Shown: piece by piece, positions 28,901 to 41,989 of the stretch
Layout of the letters: every line of letters begins with the position of its first letter
Numbering within the stretch: position 1 is the first letter of the stretch
Source: Octopus sinensis
Lineage: Eukaryota
Reading direction: 5' to 3'
Assembly: GCF_006345805.1 (NCBI RefSeq)
Contig: NC_042997.1
Span: 177,630,001 to 177,694,000 of the forward strand
Length of the DNA stretch: 64,000 bases
Made by a program: the position numbers and the translations under genes
The notes under the pieces: model-generated
Told to the model about the DNA's origin: nothing
Databases searched by the model: none
The model's input: the letters and a program-made list of their open reading frames with translations, nothing else

Positions 28901-28949
28901 CTGCTGTATATACATGTTTCTACCTCAATAGGCCTCATCAGCACAGCAG
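28901..28949 (-). ncRNA. Minimal type-I hammerhead ribozyme motif
   Basis: Minus strand: ctgctgtg CTGATGA ggcct-attg-aggta GAAA catg TA ta tacagcag; 8-bp stem I, palindromic stem III. Confidence 0.65.
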
Positions 28950-29673
28950 TTTTATTGCCTTACTTCAGTCGGGATTCTTAGATATTTTCAAAAAGGAGAA
29001 CAAATATTTGGCGTAGGTAATTTACAGAAATGAAAGGCACACGAATAAAGAATCTATCTTGTAAAGTATTTAATACACACTTATTCATCTTTGTTGTGAA
29101 AATGCACGCATCTGACCAGTTGTGGAGGCACGTGACTTAATTTTTAGGGTGTTCGGCTCATTATCGTAAGGCCGTGATTTCGATTTTAGGCGGTGTGTTA
29201 TGTCCTTGAGCAACTCAGCTTATTTCACTTTGCTTCTGTCCACTCAAAAGGGAGTTGCTTGGGGTATTCTTATGAAAGCCAGAAATGAAATGAAAGATGA
29301 GCCTGGATCAGTAGCTTTTCATGCCTCGTTCTTTTATTTTTTCCCCTTTTCTATTTGTTTCAGTCATTGGATTGCGGTTAAACTGGAGCATCGCCTTGAA
29401 ATATTTTAGCCGTAAAGATCAACCCCAGTACCTTCTTTTAAAGTCTGGCCCTTATTCTATCGGTCACTTTGCCGAACCTTTAAGTTATAGACACAAAAAC
29501 AGACCAATATCAGTTGTCAAACAATGGAGAGGACAAACATAGACATACACCCACACACATACGACAGTCTTCCACACGGTTTCCGTCTAACAATTTTACT
29601 CTCAATGCATTGGTCGATCCGAAGCTATCATAGAAAAACTTTTCCGCTTTCGTGTAATATTTTAAAACATATA

Positions 29674-29883
29674 TGTAGGGCTGCTGAAACGTTTCTGGTA
29701 AAAGAAAATAGATGTAAATCAGTTTAATTATGATATTATTCAACATATTCCCCTCTCAAATTCACACACGTATTGCAGCGGTCCTCCAATTTTTCTAAGC
29801 CCTGTAAAAGAACTCAGAGATTTTGGCCTCCAACCAGGCCTTTCGTGATTCCCTTAAAACAGGAACTTTTCAGCATCCCCTCG
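29674..29883. mobile_element. Mariner-derived MITE, same family as 8892-9087
   Basis: gggctgctgaaacgttt ... aacttttcagcatcccctcg|TA. Confidence 0.65.
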
Positions 29884-30312
29884 TATTGAAAGAGCATATA
29901 AGTCAAGAGAAACCAGGATCAGTTTATCAGCTGAAAGAGCGGAAACGTGGAACTCAAAATACTGGTGACAATTATGAGCCTTTCAGTTCTATTGCGTTAA
30001 AGATTACATTTACATATTGAGTTTTGTAATTTACCATTTCCTCCTCAATAAACAAATCAATACATACTACATAAATACACACATTCACAGTACATATGCA
30101 TGTATATTGTATATATGTATGTATATATGCAGAGCGAGACTGAACATAATTAAATTTTTAGCACCTACACATAAACTCATTTAATTATTGACGAACCTAC
30201 ATCTTTCTCAACAGGTAATATGATCAGTTAGTATTTTTTAATAAATAATTTTATTAGTCTGGTACGTCTTCAGATTTTACTTTACTCTCCTTTATGTATG
30301 TATGTATGTATG

Positions 30313-30384
<72 letters not shown>

Positions 30385-32245
30385 GTAGGATGTGTGGGTG
30401 GGCATGTGTATATATAATGTTTATATATACATAAAACATGATATAATATAATGTAATATAATATAATATGATATAATGAGTGTATATTACATTGCTTATA
30501 ATGCATATAATGTTGTACAGGGAAACATATATAAATAGTAAAAAGTATTCATATACTTACAGTATTCACACATACTCTTGTACACAATTGTATGCTCATA
30601 CTCATGTATACATATCCATCCATCCATGCATACATGCATACATGCATCCATGCATACATGCATACATACATACATACATACATACATACATACACACACA
30701 CACATGCATATATAGGTTGCATATGTAGGTTCGCTGACGTAATTACTCTCTGCCGTCACCACTATTACAAAACTTTTGCATATTACCATAAATTATTATG
30801 CTCTAACTTGATAACTTTTTGTGGTTGACTCTCCACCATTCGGTCGTATTCTACTTCCCTCTTAACATTCATTGTCTACTGAAAATCAGTTCAACTATTA
30901 TTTTGTATCCATACTCGGTTATGTCATTGGTCTCGAATTTTGGCACATTTTCTCTCCTCTCCGTCCTCGAATTTTGGCACATTTTCTCTCCTCTCCGTCC
31001 TCCGTTTTGGTCCCTCTCCTGTGTCTTGACAACTCAATCCCTCTCCTGTAATTGTGACCCCCCCCCTCCAGCTATACTTCACGTCTTCTCACAAATACAT
31101 CCACTTCTCTTCCCCTTCGCTTTCCTTCTGTCTACCCAACCTACTTCTATACCTTTCTGCTGCATCTATTCTTCATCTCTCTATCTCTCTCATTTTATCG
31201 ACGCAAACGAAATTTATAAACACTATTCTATATACATTCCTCTTTCAGCTGTTCACAGCTATCAAAGTCCCTGCTAATTGATACCTTACTCTGCTTCTAT
31301 GTATACCTAAAATATTGCCTTATATTACACCTTCTTGCTAATATATATCGTTATATCAACCAGCTATCGATCTTGCGAAACAGCTGTAAAGATATGACTT
31401 GATGACTTCATGTAAATTATACTCGCAACTTTTCATTTATATACATACCATATGCCTGTTATCACTAGTTTGTCTTTCTACTTCCTTATCCTCTTGATAG
31501 AGAGTGAAATGAAGAAAAATAAAACCAACATGATTACCACCAGCAACAACGAAAACGAGAAAATTTAAGCTTAAAATCCTGATGAAAATTTATATCTGGT
31601 GTTTACAACTGTTACAAATCCTTAGAAATAGCAGCAAATATTTAGATTTCACCGCCAATGGTTACTATCGTTTAAGAGAAAAGATGAAAGGGTAATGGGT
31701 GCAATATCCAATAAGGACTTATGTGGAACTAAACAATAAAAACTACAACATCCATTTGACGCACGTTAAATTATATTTGTTTGGGAGAGTTTTTGTTGCT
31801 GCTGTTGTTTTCAATTTCCTTTCCGAAACTAGTAGTTCTTATATTGCAGACTAAATTGAATATTGATGAATTCGACTTTACTGATATCAGAATTGGGATG
31901 GTCGTAAAATTATTTTGTTTACAATTAAAGGACTCTGTATTCATCAGACAGTGAACTATATTAGACTAAAGTATTAGACAATATTATTCATAAATGATTC
32001 AATAGGTTAACCTTGGTCAACTTTAAAGTTTTGCTAATAAAACAGAGATAAAAGAAGTAAATGTTAGATAACTTTAAAAAAAATCTATTCCTCTATAGAT
32101 ATTCAATAGTCTATTATTAAATACATATTCAAAACTTTGCTCCTTTGTATACAATTGCTTATACACCGATACGTTTCATAAATTACTATCTTCAGTATAT
32201 TGATGCACACATTCCTTTATATGTATAAACACGTACACACACATG

Positions 32246-32314
<69 letters not shown>

Positions 32315-32989
32315 ATATTTACAATGGAGTGAATATCATTGACAAATCACTCTACACAACAAACGGTGCAGTCTGTATTTACTTGATAAATAAAACATCA
32401 AAAAGAAAAAAAAACATCCCAGTTCCAAACTGAACTGTAAAACCGAGCATATGTCGACTTACAGGCACAGTACGGCATCTTTTGCTCCCTCTTTTCGGTG
32501 GATAAAAATTAAGCATGAAACGAAGGATAAAAAATTAAACATTGATATTTAGCTACATATTGCGTTGATCGAAATCGTTGCAATATGAAGCACGAAGTGG
32601 CAATAGTGTGAAGTTTTAGATTCGATGTATGTCGTTCTTTGAATCAAGGTGTTTTGATGTATTAATAATCAATATATTTATCAGGATATATTAATTAACT
32701 GTCAATGTTTATTTGTAAATTTTAATTTTCAATTTTCATCGCTTATGCAGACGTTAGCGATATGGTCATAGTGTATTTCGGATGTCTTGTTTAAACTGAA
32801 TTACGATTATTGCAACGCTTTAGTTTTTATCGTATAGGTTGATGTTTTGAAAATATTCGTTTAAATATGCTGTATGGTCCAGATGGAATCATACCAAATA
32901 TGAAATATATATTATTTTACTCTTTTACTTATTTCAAATGCGTTATCATCTCTCCTCCATAATATAATTGATATATATATATGTATATA

Positions 32990-33033
<44 letters not shown>

Positions 33034-33132
33034 CTTTCTTTTAAAAATACTCATATTTTGGAGCAGAATATGTTTTCTTTTCTTTTTACGCAAGCTAACA
33101 AATATTTATACACACACACATTTATATACACG

Positions 33133-33169
<37 letters not shown>

Positions 33170-33261
33170 AGTAAGGAAAAAATTTTTTTTAAATGCAGAA
33201 TGCTCAAATGAAAGAAAATTTTAATAAAATGAGAAATTGATAAAATATATAAATATATATT

Positions 33262-33302
33262 TATTCAACCGGTTTTCGTCATTGTATGACTTGTCAAGAA
33301 TA
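33262..33302 (-). ncRNA. Hammerhead ribozyme motif with U3:A8 core
   Basis: Minus strand: tattc TTGACAA gtcat-aca-atgac GAAA accgg TT gaata; perfect 5-bp stems I and II, palindromic AACCGGTT. Confidence 0.65.
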
Positions 33303-33309
33303 TTTATGT

Positions 33310-33341
<32 letters not shown>

Positions 33342-33476
33342 GTATATATATATATATATATGTATGTATACATATATTTACATATATGTATCTATATATT
33401 GTATATGTATAATGTGCCTCCGTATATGCAATATGTGTGTGAATGTGTGAATATATATATATATATATATATATAT

Positions 33477-34735
33477 GATTGATTGATTCTAGTTTCAGCT
33501 TATGAGCTGTGGCCACGCTGGGGCACCGCCATTTGGTGTTGCTACTTGGTTTCACTTCATGGAGGCTTTCTAGCAACTGCTATTTGGTGCAAGAGAGAGT
33601 TCGATGCAGCTGCCCTCATCTGCCCCTCCTGCCGTGAAGTTGGTTCATCTGGGACACCTGACAGGAAGAGATCCAGCTTCATTTTAAAGACATCTGTATC
33701 CACTCCATGCAGGTCTCTCAGGTTCTTCGGGAGGATATTGAAGAGCTGTGGGCCTCGGAAGCCCAGGCTATCACAGAATCTTGTCCTACATCTTGATGGC
33801 AAGTTTGGAGTCCTAGGCACCATGCTGTGGCGCCCAGTTCTGGCATTTGCGTAACTCTCGATGCCAAAGTTCAGGACACTTCCCTCCAGGATCTTCCAGA
33901 TGTATATTATGGCATATCTTTCCCGCCTACGCTCCAGGGAATATAATTTTAATCTCTTGAGTCTTTCCCAGTAGCTTACATTCTGCATAGAGGCTATCTT
34001 CTTCGTGTAGCTTCGTTGGATCGCCTCAAGTTCTGTGATCAACTTGACGCTGGATGGTGACGATAGCTGAGAGCAATAGTCAAAGTGGCTTAGGACAAGT
34101 GTCTTCCAGAGGACCATCATGGTTTCTTGTTCTCTTGTTCTAAAGGTTCTAAGAATCCAGCCAGCCAGCCGTCTGCATTTCATTGTCAGTTTAGCAACAT
34201 GTACATGAAAGGTCGCGTCATCACTCATGTGAATACCCAGGTCACGCACTGATTGTGCCTCTGGGATTGCAATCCCTCCGGGTCCAGTGTATTCATTGGG
34301 TATTGCATTCAGTTTTGCATGCTGATAGTATAAAGCTTGAAACTTTTCAGCATTGAACTGCATGCTATTCTTTTCAGCCCACTTGTATATTTCGTCCAGC
34401 TCATATTGCAGGTGCTTAGTATCTTCAGGGTTCTGTATTGCCTGTGAAACTTTTGTATCATCTGCATAACTTGTGATCGTGGCTCTCCGCGTGGCTGAGG
34501 GCATGTCTGAGAGGGCCATTATGAACAGTAGTGGTCCCAAAACAGTGCCCTGTGGAACACCGCTCACTATTTGGCTGCTACCACCTGACTTCTATTCTTC
34601 AGAAAGTCGTGAAGCCATTCTCCTAGTTTTCCAACTATGCCAAGATCACGCAGTTTGTGACATATCATTCCATGATCGACTTTATCGAAGGCCTTTGCGA
34701 AGTCGAGATATATGACTTCCACATTTGAGTGGTTG
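33477..34735 (-). mobile_element. 5'-truncated CR1-group LINE (RT domain and 3' end), one frameshift near 34567, flanked by TA repeats
   Basis: YLDFAKAFDKVDHG, SGVPQGTVLGPLLF, YADDTK, RDLG, SYWERLKRLKLYSLERRR; stop at 33557; (AATC)n tail. Confidence 0.93.
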
Positions 34736-34779
34736 ATATATATATATAGTATATATTTAATGCTCTTAGCTTTTTTTTC

Positions 34780-34965
34780 CTTGCGGCTGCCCAATTTGGA
34801 GCAATCTGGGTATAACCACCCGAAATTGCCAAGATAATATGGAACTCGACTGAGGAAAGAAAACTCCGAATGACCCGTCCTTATTTTCTTTGTATCGTCT
34901 ATCTGGATGTTTTGTTGTCCCTTTTTTGTATCATCTGTCTGGATGTTTTGCGTTCTTGTCCCAGT
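34780..34965 (+). mobile_element. Short TA-adjacent element, second copy inverted at 59640-59800
   Basis: gaatgacccgtcctt..gtatcgtctatctggatgttttgttgtccc..gttttgcgttcttg present in both copies. Confidence 0.7.
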
Positions 34966-36028
34966 CTATATATATATATATACATATATATACGTTTGCA
35001 TATCCACACACGCATACTTACACACACGTACACATACATACACGCGCGCGCACACACATACACATATATTTATGTGTACATATTGATATCAGACAGGTAA
35101 GATAGTGGATTATAAGGATCAACATCGAATGTAAATCAGTTATGGATATCATATATATTCCCTTAAAGTTCACTAGTATCCATCCAGCCTCTGTAATATC
35201 TGTAGGAAACCAGGGGAAAGGTTTAGCTACATAAGATTACTTTGATTTCCTAGCCGGGCGAAACGATCGACCGTCCACTCATCTCTGTTTCTTTTGTAAT
35301 CAAATCAGATTCGAACGAAAATAATTCACTCCGGTTGAAAGCGAGCAAAGTGGACGGTAGATTCGATTCTAGCCGTGTATCTGTCCATGTACACGCACAT
35401 GTATGCGTGTGACAAGATCATGTATACATAAACATACGCTAGTGGAGCATATGGTAACGATTCAATATTTATATCGGTCGGTAAACATGAGAACAACATC
35501 TATCAAGTAGCTAGCAAGCGATAGAAAGGCGCATGAACATAAGTCGGACAGAAAGACAGATATGGAGATAACTTCAGAGATCGAGAAATAGAGATGTATA
35601 AATAGACGTGGAATGCATTGTATATGCTTATGGACTTATTTATGGAGTTGTGTGTTCGCGTGAGTATGATTATACAATGCTGTCTTCTCTCTATTATCTT
35701 AGAATTTCTAAATGCTCCATAATCTATTATTAAATATCTTGAGGTTTGCCATTTTGAACGAACAGAGGAATATAGAGAATGGCGATATTTATTTATTCCA
35801 TCTCCTTCAATGACAACTCATGCACTGTTTCATTTCTTAGATACTGACCTCCTTCACCAACAGACTGCACCTCTTCCCCCTGGGAATTGTATTTTTCCAT
35901 TTGAGCACAAATACGTGTGCGTGTGTTTCTGTGTGTGCGAGTGTGTGTGCGTGCGTGTATGTGTGCGCAACCAAGTATACATCTACATACACACACATGT
36001 AGATGTGTGTGTGTATATGTGTGTATAG

Positions 36029-36059
<31 letters not shown>

Positions 36060-36121
36060 ACACGCGCGCGTGCGCACATATATCATTCATGTATGTATGT
36101 ATGTATGTATGTTTGTATGTA

Positions 36122-36515
36122 TACTCTTTACTCTTTTACTTGTTTCAGTCATTTGGCTGCGGCCATGCTAGAGCACCGCCTTTAATTGAGCAACTCGACT
36201 CCGGGACTTATTCTTTTGTAAGCCCAGTACTTATTCTATCGGTCTCTTTTGCCGAACCGCTAAGTAACGGGGACTTAAACACACCAGCATCGGTTGTCAA
36301 GCAATGCTAGGGGGACAAACACAGACACACAAACACACACACGCACCACACACACACATATATATATATATATACGACGGGCTTCTTTCAGTTTCCGTCT
36401 ACCAAATCCACTCACAAGGCTTTGGTCGGCCCGAGGCTATAGTAGAAGACACTTGCCCAAGGTGCCACGCAGTGGGACTGAACCCGGGACCATGTGGTTC
36501 GTAAGGAAGCTACTC
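36122..36515 (-). mobile_element. SINE family A, head truncated next to the mariner
   Basis: Matches other copies up to gtaaggaagctact. Confidence 0.9.
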
Positions 36516-36527
36516 TATATATATATA

Positions 36528-37820
36528 TCAGGGCATCCCATAAGTTCTGTCCGAATTTTGAATAAAGAAAAGTGATCAAGTGTTATATTTATTTGAAATT
36601 TAATCATCAATGTACTTTCCCTGATTATCTGACATGACTTCCTTCCATCTATTTACAAGCTTTTTAATCCCATCAATGTAAAACTCTTTTGGTTTCAAAA
36701 CGAAGAACACTGAAATGTCAGTTTCGACCTCCTCCTGGCTTGCGAAAGTTATGTCCCCCAAATGATTCTGTAAACTACGAAACAAATGGTACTCTGAAGG
36801 AGCAGGGTCGAGAGAATAAGGTGGATGAGGAGTTTCTTCCCAACTAAGCACTTCGATCTTCTGTGATGTGATCTTTATAGTGTGGTGTCGCGCATTGTCT
36901 TGATGAAACATCACTCCTTTTCGATTCAATAAAGCGGGTCTGTTTTTTCTTCAAAGCTTGGTTCAAACCTTCTGATTGCTGACTGTAGATTTGAGCATAC
37001 ATTGTTGCATTAGTAGGTGGTAATAATTCAAAGTAAATTACTCCTTTACAATCCCACCAGATAAAGAGAAGAACCTTTTTTTCCATGAAGTTCCCTTCTC
37101 GGTTGTGGTTCAGCTTTTCCTTTTACCAAGCCACTGTTTACGACATTCAACATTTCGATAGAAGATCCATTTTTCGTCACCAATCACAAGCCTATCCAAA
37201 ATGGGTGAAATGAGTTCGTGAGAATGGAGAAAAGAGCAGATGTCAACTCGGGATTTGCGGTTGCTTTCGGACAATTCATGAGTCACCCATTTTCCAAGTT
37301 TAGGAACCTTTGCAAGTTGTTGAAGATGACAATGAACAGTTCTATGGTTTGAACTAAGCTTTATTGCCAATTCTTGAACTGATAATGCAAGATTTTCTTC
37401 AGGTAATGCATCAAGGAGCTTATCATCAAACTCAACTGGACGTGCTGTTTGATCTTCATTTTCAAGGCTGAAATATCCACTTCTGAATTTTCCAAACCAT
37501 CTTCTGCAAGTTCTTTCATCCAAGCATTCTTTCCCATAAACTCAGTGTATGTTTCGAATCGCTTCGGCTGCAGAGTTTACATTTTTGTACTCATAAAGCA
37601 TTATGTGCCTTAAATGCTCTTTGGATACTTCCATGTTAGAAAGGGTTTTAATCAAAGAAATTTAAATTCTATTATTCTGTAAAATAAAATTTAATTAGTT
37701 TGAATGTACACAAATGAATAAAAATAATTTTTTATTCCATTAGACATCCTAAAGTACTATAAAATTTCATTCAATTTTAAAAAAAAGGTAAAATCGGACA
37801 GAACTTATGGGATGACCTGA
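36528..37820 (-). mobile_element. Near full-length mariner (DD34D) transposon, transposase disrupted by frameshifts
   Basis: TIRs TCAGGGCATCCCATAAGTTCTGTCCGA / TCGGACAGAACTTATGGGATGACCTGA with TA flanks; ATG at 37634 (MEVSKEHLRHIMLYEY), WVTHEL, GDEKW, HQDNARHH, HPPYSLDPAPSEYHLF; stop at 36600. Confidence 0.95.
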
Positions 37821-37951
37821 TATATATATGTGTGTGTGTGTGTATGTGTGTGTGTGTTCGTGTGTGTGTGTGTGTATGTGTGTGTGTGTTTGTTTGTGTG
37901 TGTGTGTGTGTGTTTGTGTGTATGTATGTATGATATATATGATGTATACAT

Positions 37952-37991
<40 letters not shown>

Positions 37992-38319
37992 GTGTATATA
38001 TAAGTATATAGATAGATAGACAGACAAATTGATAGGTATGTAGTAAGTACCTTGGGTTATGAGTGACGACAAAAGGTATAACCGTTTTTCCTTTTAATTT
38101 TGTTGTCACAATCCAAGGAACTTCAACATTGTGAAAGTCGCCAAACAATACCTAACAATTCTCCAGCAACCCCCAAAATGAATGCACTCATAAAAGACTC
38201 ACAAATAATACATAGCAACGCCAAGCACCTAATCTAACATAACAAAAGCTGCTCACCAAGGCGAAATTTACGTGTAACATTGAAACAATACAAGTTAAGA
38301 AATGCAGGGACCCTCGATG

Positions 38320-38942
38320 CACCATAATATCTTCAAGAGTTTCAGACCCCACTTCTCTGACTTCTCTATTGATGTTCTCTTTCAGTTGCACCAGGGTCTC
38401 TGGTTTGTTGACCCAAACCTTCTCTTTCAGGCATCCCCACAAGAAAAAATTCGGGGAACGTGAAGGCTAGTTGACATTGCCATAGCGGGAGATTATTCAC
38501 TCTACAAAGCACTGCGGTAGCAACTGCATTGTTTCTCTGGCGGTATGAGCAGTTGCCTCATCTTGCTAGAAACAAAACCCTATTTTGAATGGCCGGTCGC
38601 AAAAAGGTCTCACCCATGGATACCTGAAAGAGAGGGTTTACGCGAACTAACCGGAGACCCTGGTGCAAGTGAAGGAGAACATCCATAGACAAATCAGAGA
38701 AGTGGGGTCTGAAATTCTTGAGGGTGCAATTTTGGAAAGAGCACGGGTGCGCGAAGCCGAAAATGGCTGCCATTTAAGCGATGTCATTTTTAATATGTGA
38801 TGTAGTGGTGTTACAAAATGTGACTCGTGTATATTAATTGCCATTATGTCCTTTATAGTGTATTAAAATTTCATGCATTTATTTGTGAAGTCAAGGAACT
38901 TATTAAAAATTTAAACCCGTCAGTGACTTTTGGGACACCGTG
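38320..38942. mobile_element. Two oppositely oriented fragments of a Tc1/mariner-superfamily (probably DD41D/rosa-like) transposase C-terminus plus one TIR
   Basis: Minus SRSPNFFLWGCLKEKVWVNKPETLVQLKENI; plus GYLKERVYAN*PETLVQVKENI..NGCHLSDVIF; terminus ttttgggacaccgtg|TA. Confidence 0.75.
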
Positions 38943-39279
38943 TATATGAGGTTATCGGAAATAAATTCTCTTAATTATAATTATGCCCCCAGGGAAAATA
39001 TAATTAGAGATAATTGTAATTTATTCTGACAAGTTAGAAATGATGAAGTTAATTTTAATGGTGATATTCAGAGAGAAAGATAAAAACTCTGATCTTAGGC
39101 AGTCTTGGTGCTAACTCTGAATATGTCTTGTTATTGTTGCACCTCATCAGTGAAACATAGTCAAATAATGGCGAGCAAGTTTACAGAAGGCAATTTCTTT
39201 CGTATTAAGATAAGGTAAATTCAAATAATGACATCGGAAATTGTTTTACCAACTGAGCCTTCCGCATGAATAATATATG

Positions 39280-39900
39280 AATATGCTACCATAGTTCACG
39301 TGTCAATCCGAAATCATTTCAAATTATATCGCTAAATGAGAAAAAAACTTTGTTAGTGGTAGCTATAAAAATATGACATATATGAGGGGAGAGAACTTGC
39401 GAAAATTCATTTAGCCTATAAACGAATTTTAATGGCGATTGTGGATCCAATTATTTTCGGCTAACCAACTTAAATATGGACGCTTGAACATGGTTGCATA
39501 TTTTTATGTGAAATTCGTTATGGAGTAATTTCCCAATTTTGTTATGTATGTATGTATGTGTGTATGTATGTATGTATATGATGTTTTGAAAGCCCGCTAC
39601 CGGCATTGATCAATAGAAGATGAGAATTCCTACAGCATGCCAATGCCCCAGCACGCACTGTCTGTGTGACCAAGCGCAAACGTGCGGAACTTGAGGAGAA
39701 ATGTTGACTCACCTTGCCTACATTCCAAATCTTGTACCATCAGATTACTACTACCTTTTACGAGCCGTGGCTCATTTCCTGCACAGACGGACATTCGACA
39801 ATGTGGGTGAGGTTAAAAACGGATACAAGAATCTTTTTGTCTCTAAACCAACCAAATGATGCAAGCGTGGAATTGAGCTTCTGACACAACGATATAGTCG
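39280..39900 (+). pseudogene. Highly decayed mariner transposase remnant
   Basis: LQHANAPA and AYIPNLVPSDYYYLLRAVAHFL..FVSKP..RGIELL resemble HDNA and YSPDLAPSDYHLF motifs. Confidence 0.65.
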
Positions 39901-40019
39901 TATGTATGTATTGTGTATGTATCTGTGTATGTGTGTGTATGTATGTCATTATTGAGTTTATGTCCAATATTTGCTACCCTATATCCAAGGCTCCTTCATT
40001 GGAATTTCAACATTAACAG

Positions 40020-40365
40020 GATATTTTTGCTTGTATGTATGTATGTATGTATTCTCATGCATATAGTTGCATATCAAGACATGCTCATATATATTCAAAT
40101 GATAAACTTCAGGGAAGTTTTACAGATTTTTAAAGTTCCCGTGATGGACTGGGTCTGTAGTCTTCGAATTAGATTTATCCTTTCTGGCTTTAAGAAGTTT
40201 AATTTCTCAAGATTGGTATTTAGGTAGTGTGTTACACATCCCAAGGCCCCAATAATTACAGTTATAAACCTGAACTTGTAATCTTGATAAAGTAACTGTA
40301 CATTTCTCAATAGTTCGACATAGGTGTTCTCTTGTTCGCTGATCTTCAGCTTTATGTTAACATCT
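40020..40365 (-). mobile_element. R4/Dong-type RLE LINE 3' fragment
   Basis: RNVQLLYQDYKFRFITVIIGALGCV..LQTQSITGTLKICK (IIGALG motif of RLE elements). Confidence 0.7.
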
Positions 40366-40504
40366 TAATAGTTCAGCTTTATGCTAATATCCTTATGTAT
40401 GTATGTACGTATCGAAAGCTTCTCTCGTTGTGAATGACGTACGGCGATCAGGAATAACCCTGAAACACCCATAGTCTCAGTTTCTCAATCTTAGATGAAG
40501 GGAC

Positions 40505-40724
40505 AATTCCGAAACGTCCCATGCGTTTCGCCCTTCTCTTCCTCTCTTTTTTATCTCCGTCTCTTTGTTTCCTTCTCTCTCCCCCTCCCACACATAGATG
40601 AAGAAACAACCCTGACACAGCTGTCACTCTCTCATTCTCTTTTTCTCTCCTACTCAATCTCAGAAGAAAGGGCAACGCCGACAGGTCGTACTCACTTTAC
40701 TTTCCTCTCTATCTCTTCCTTTTT
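40505..40724 (+). repeat. ~220-bp direct repeat, second copy at 42875-43092, containing degenerate HHR-like units
   Basis: aattccgaaacgtccc...ctctatctcttcctttt is near-identical in both copies. Confidence 0.85.
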
Positions 40725-41089
40725 GTAAAGTGATAATGAGAGAAATCACGTCTAGAACAGATATCCACACTTCTACACAAAACAGGCAGTACTCATCCAT
40801 TGCCTGTGCAAAACCCGGACTAAGATTTTACATCCTTTGACTTCACTGTCACTAGAGTTTGATTAGACTTTGATGTACTCGCAGTAGGTTTATGCTCAAG
40901 TTACTCCACTCCTTCTCCTCATATTGTGTAATAACCTCACTCACGTCCCAGACATAAGAAAACGTTGACAAATGAAAGTAATGATACAAAACCTAATCAG
41001 ACTTTCTCTGATCTCCCTCTACTATCGTCCACACCACTGATAAGGTTCTGATAGCAGAAGTTTGTTTAAATAAATTTCTGATATAGACT

Positions 41090-41280
41090 CAGTACCAGTA
41101 ATTTTAAAGGGAGAGGATCAGTTGGTTACATACCAGTACTTAACTGGTACTTCTTTTTATCGACCCAGGTAGGATGAAAAGCAAAGTTTACAGTGGTGGG
41201 AGTTGAACTGACAATGTAAAATGCGGGAAGGAATATCGCAAAGCATTTTCCTCCAACACTAATAACTCTAGCAGCCAGTC
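41090..41280 (-). mobile_element. SINE family B (degenerate)
   Basis: actggtactt..atcgaccc..ggatgaaaagcaaag..ttgaact..aagcattt. Confidence 0.7.
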
Positions 41281-41989
41281 CTCTAAAAAGCTTCTATAAA
41301 TAATACCAAAGTTGTTTACGCAGATTACAATTACAAGCTAACATACCCAGCCGCAGTTTACCATCTGAAAAATCAACATTGTGTCATCGGTGTTGACATC
41401 TGCTGGTTTCATGATTCATTTTGATAAGCGGTGCTTTTATCCTGTCGGATTTCTAGCGACACTCCCCGCAAGGCTTGACTGGTGATGGTAGTGGTGGGAT
41501 TCGATTTATTTTCTGAAGTCCTGACATTGTAAAAAGTCGATACACTTAATAATTTCTCAGTGCTATTTGAACTGCTTGTACAAAGATGTCTGTTGTGATG
41601 AGACTGTCGGCATGTGTTACGAGATTGGTCATTATGGCACTGATACCCATCCAAACCCAGTAGAGTCTCTATTAAGATGCTTGACAAATTTAATTAATTC
41701 ACCTTCCCCTCCTCCCAGTCCATCAAGATTATAAGTAAATAATAAACAAATGTTGATCTACATGGTCATAAAAGATCTACATGGTCACATAAGTAAATAA
41801 TAAATGTATGTTGATCTACATGGTCACAAAAGACATCGCTCGTCATCTGCGCCGCAGAGATGCTGAAGAGAATGGAGAGAAGAAAAACTCCTACGGTGGT
41901 ATGGACTTACACTCGAGTGTACCTTGTGTAAGTCCTGTACTGGTTACCCACGCGTAAAGCTATTGAAAATACGAATCGGCTTCTGGACT

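Noticed and set aside
31370-31395. GAAACAGCTGTA palindromic stem III-like motif
   Set aside because: No CUGANGA-like core upstream
32457-32478. Minus-strand ATG CCG TAC TGT GCC T|gtaagt (MPYCA, THAP-like start)
   Set aside because: Too short to support; splicing to the 25586 candidate gives an immediate stop
35268-35358. 10-bp inverted repeat accgtccact/agtggacggt
   Set aside because: Too short to distinguish from chance without homologues
39090-39156. Minus-strand CTGATGA ggtgc...gcacc AAGA
   Set aside because: GAAA replaced and no stem I; at most a dead relic
41725-41830. Short repeated gatctacatggtca units
   Set aside because: Local tandem duplication with no unique spacers; not a CRISPR array
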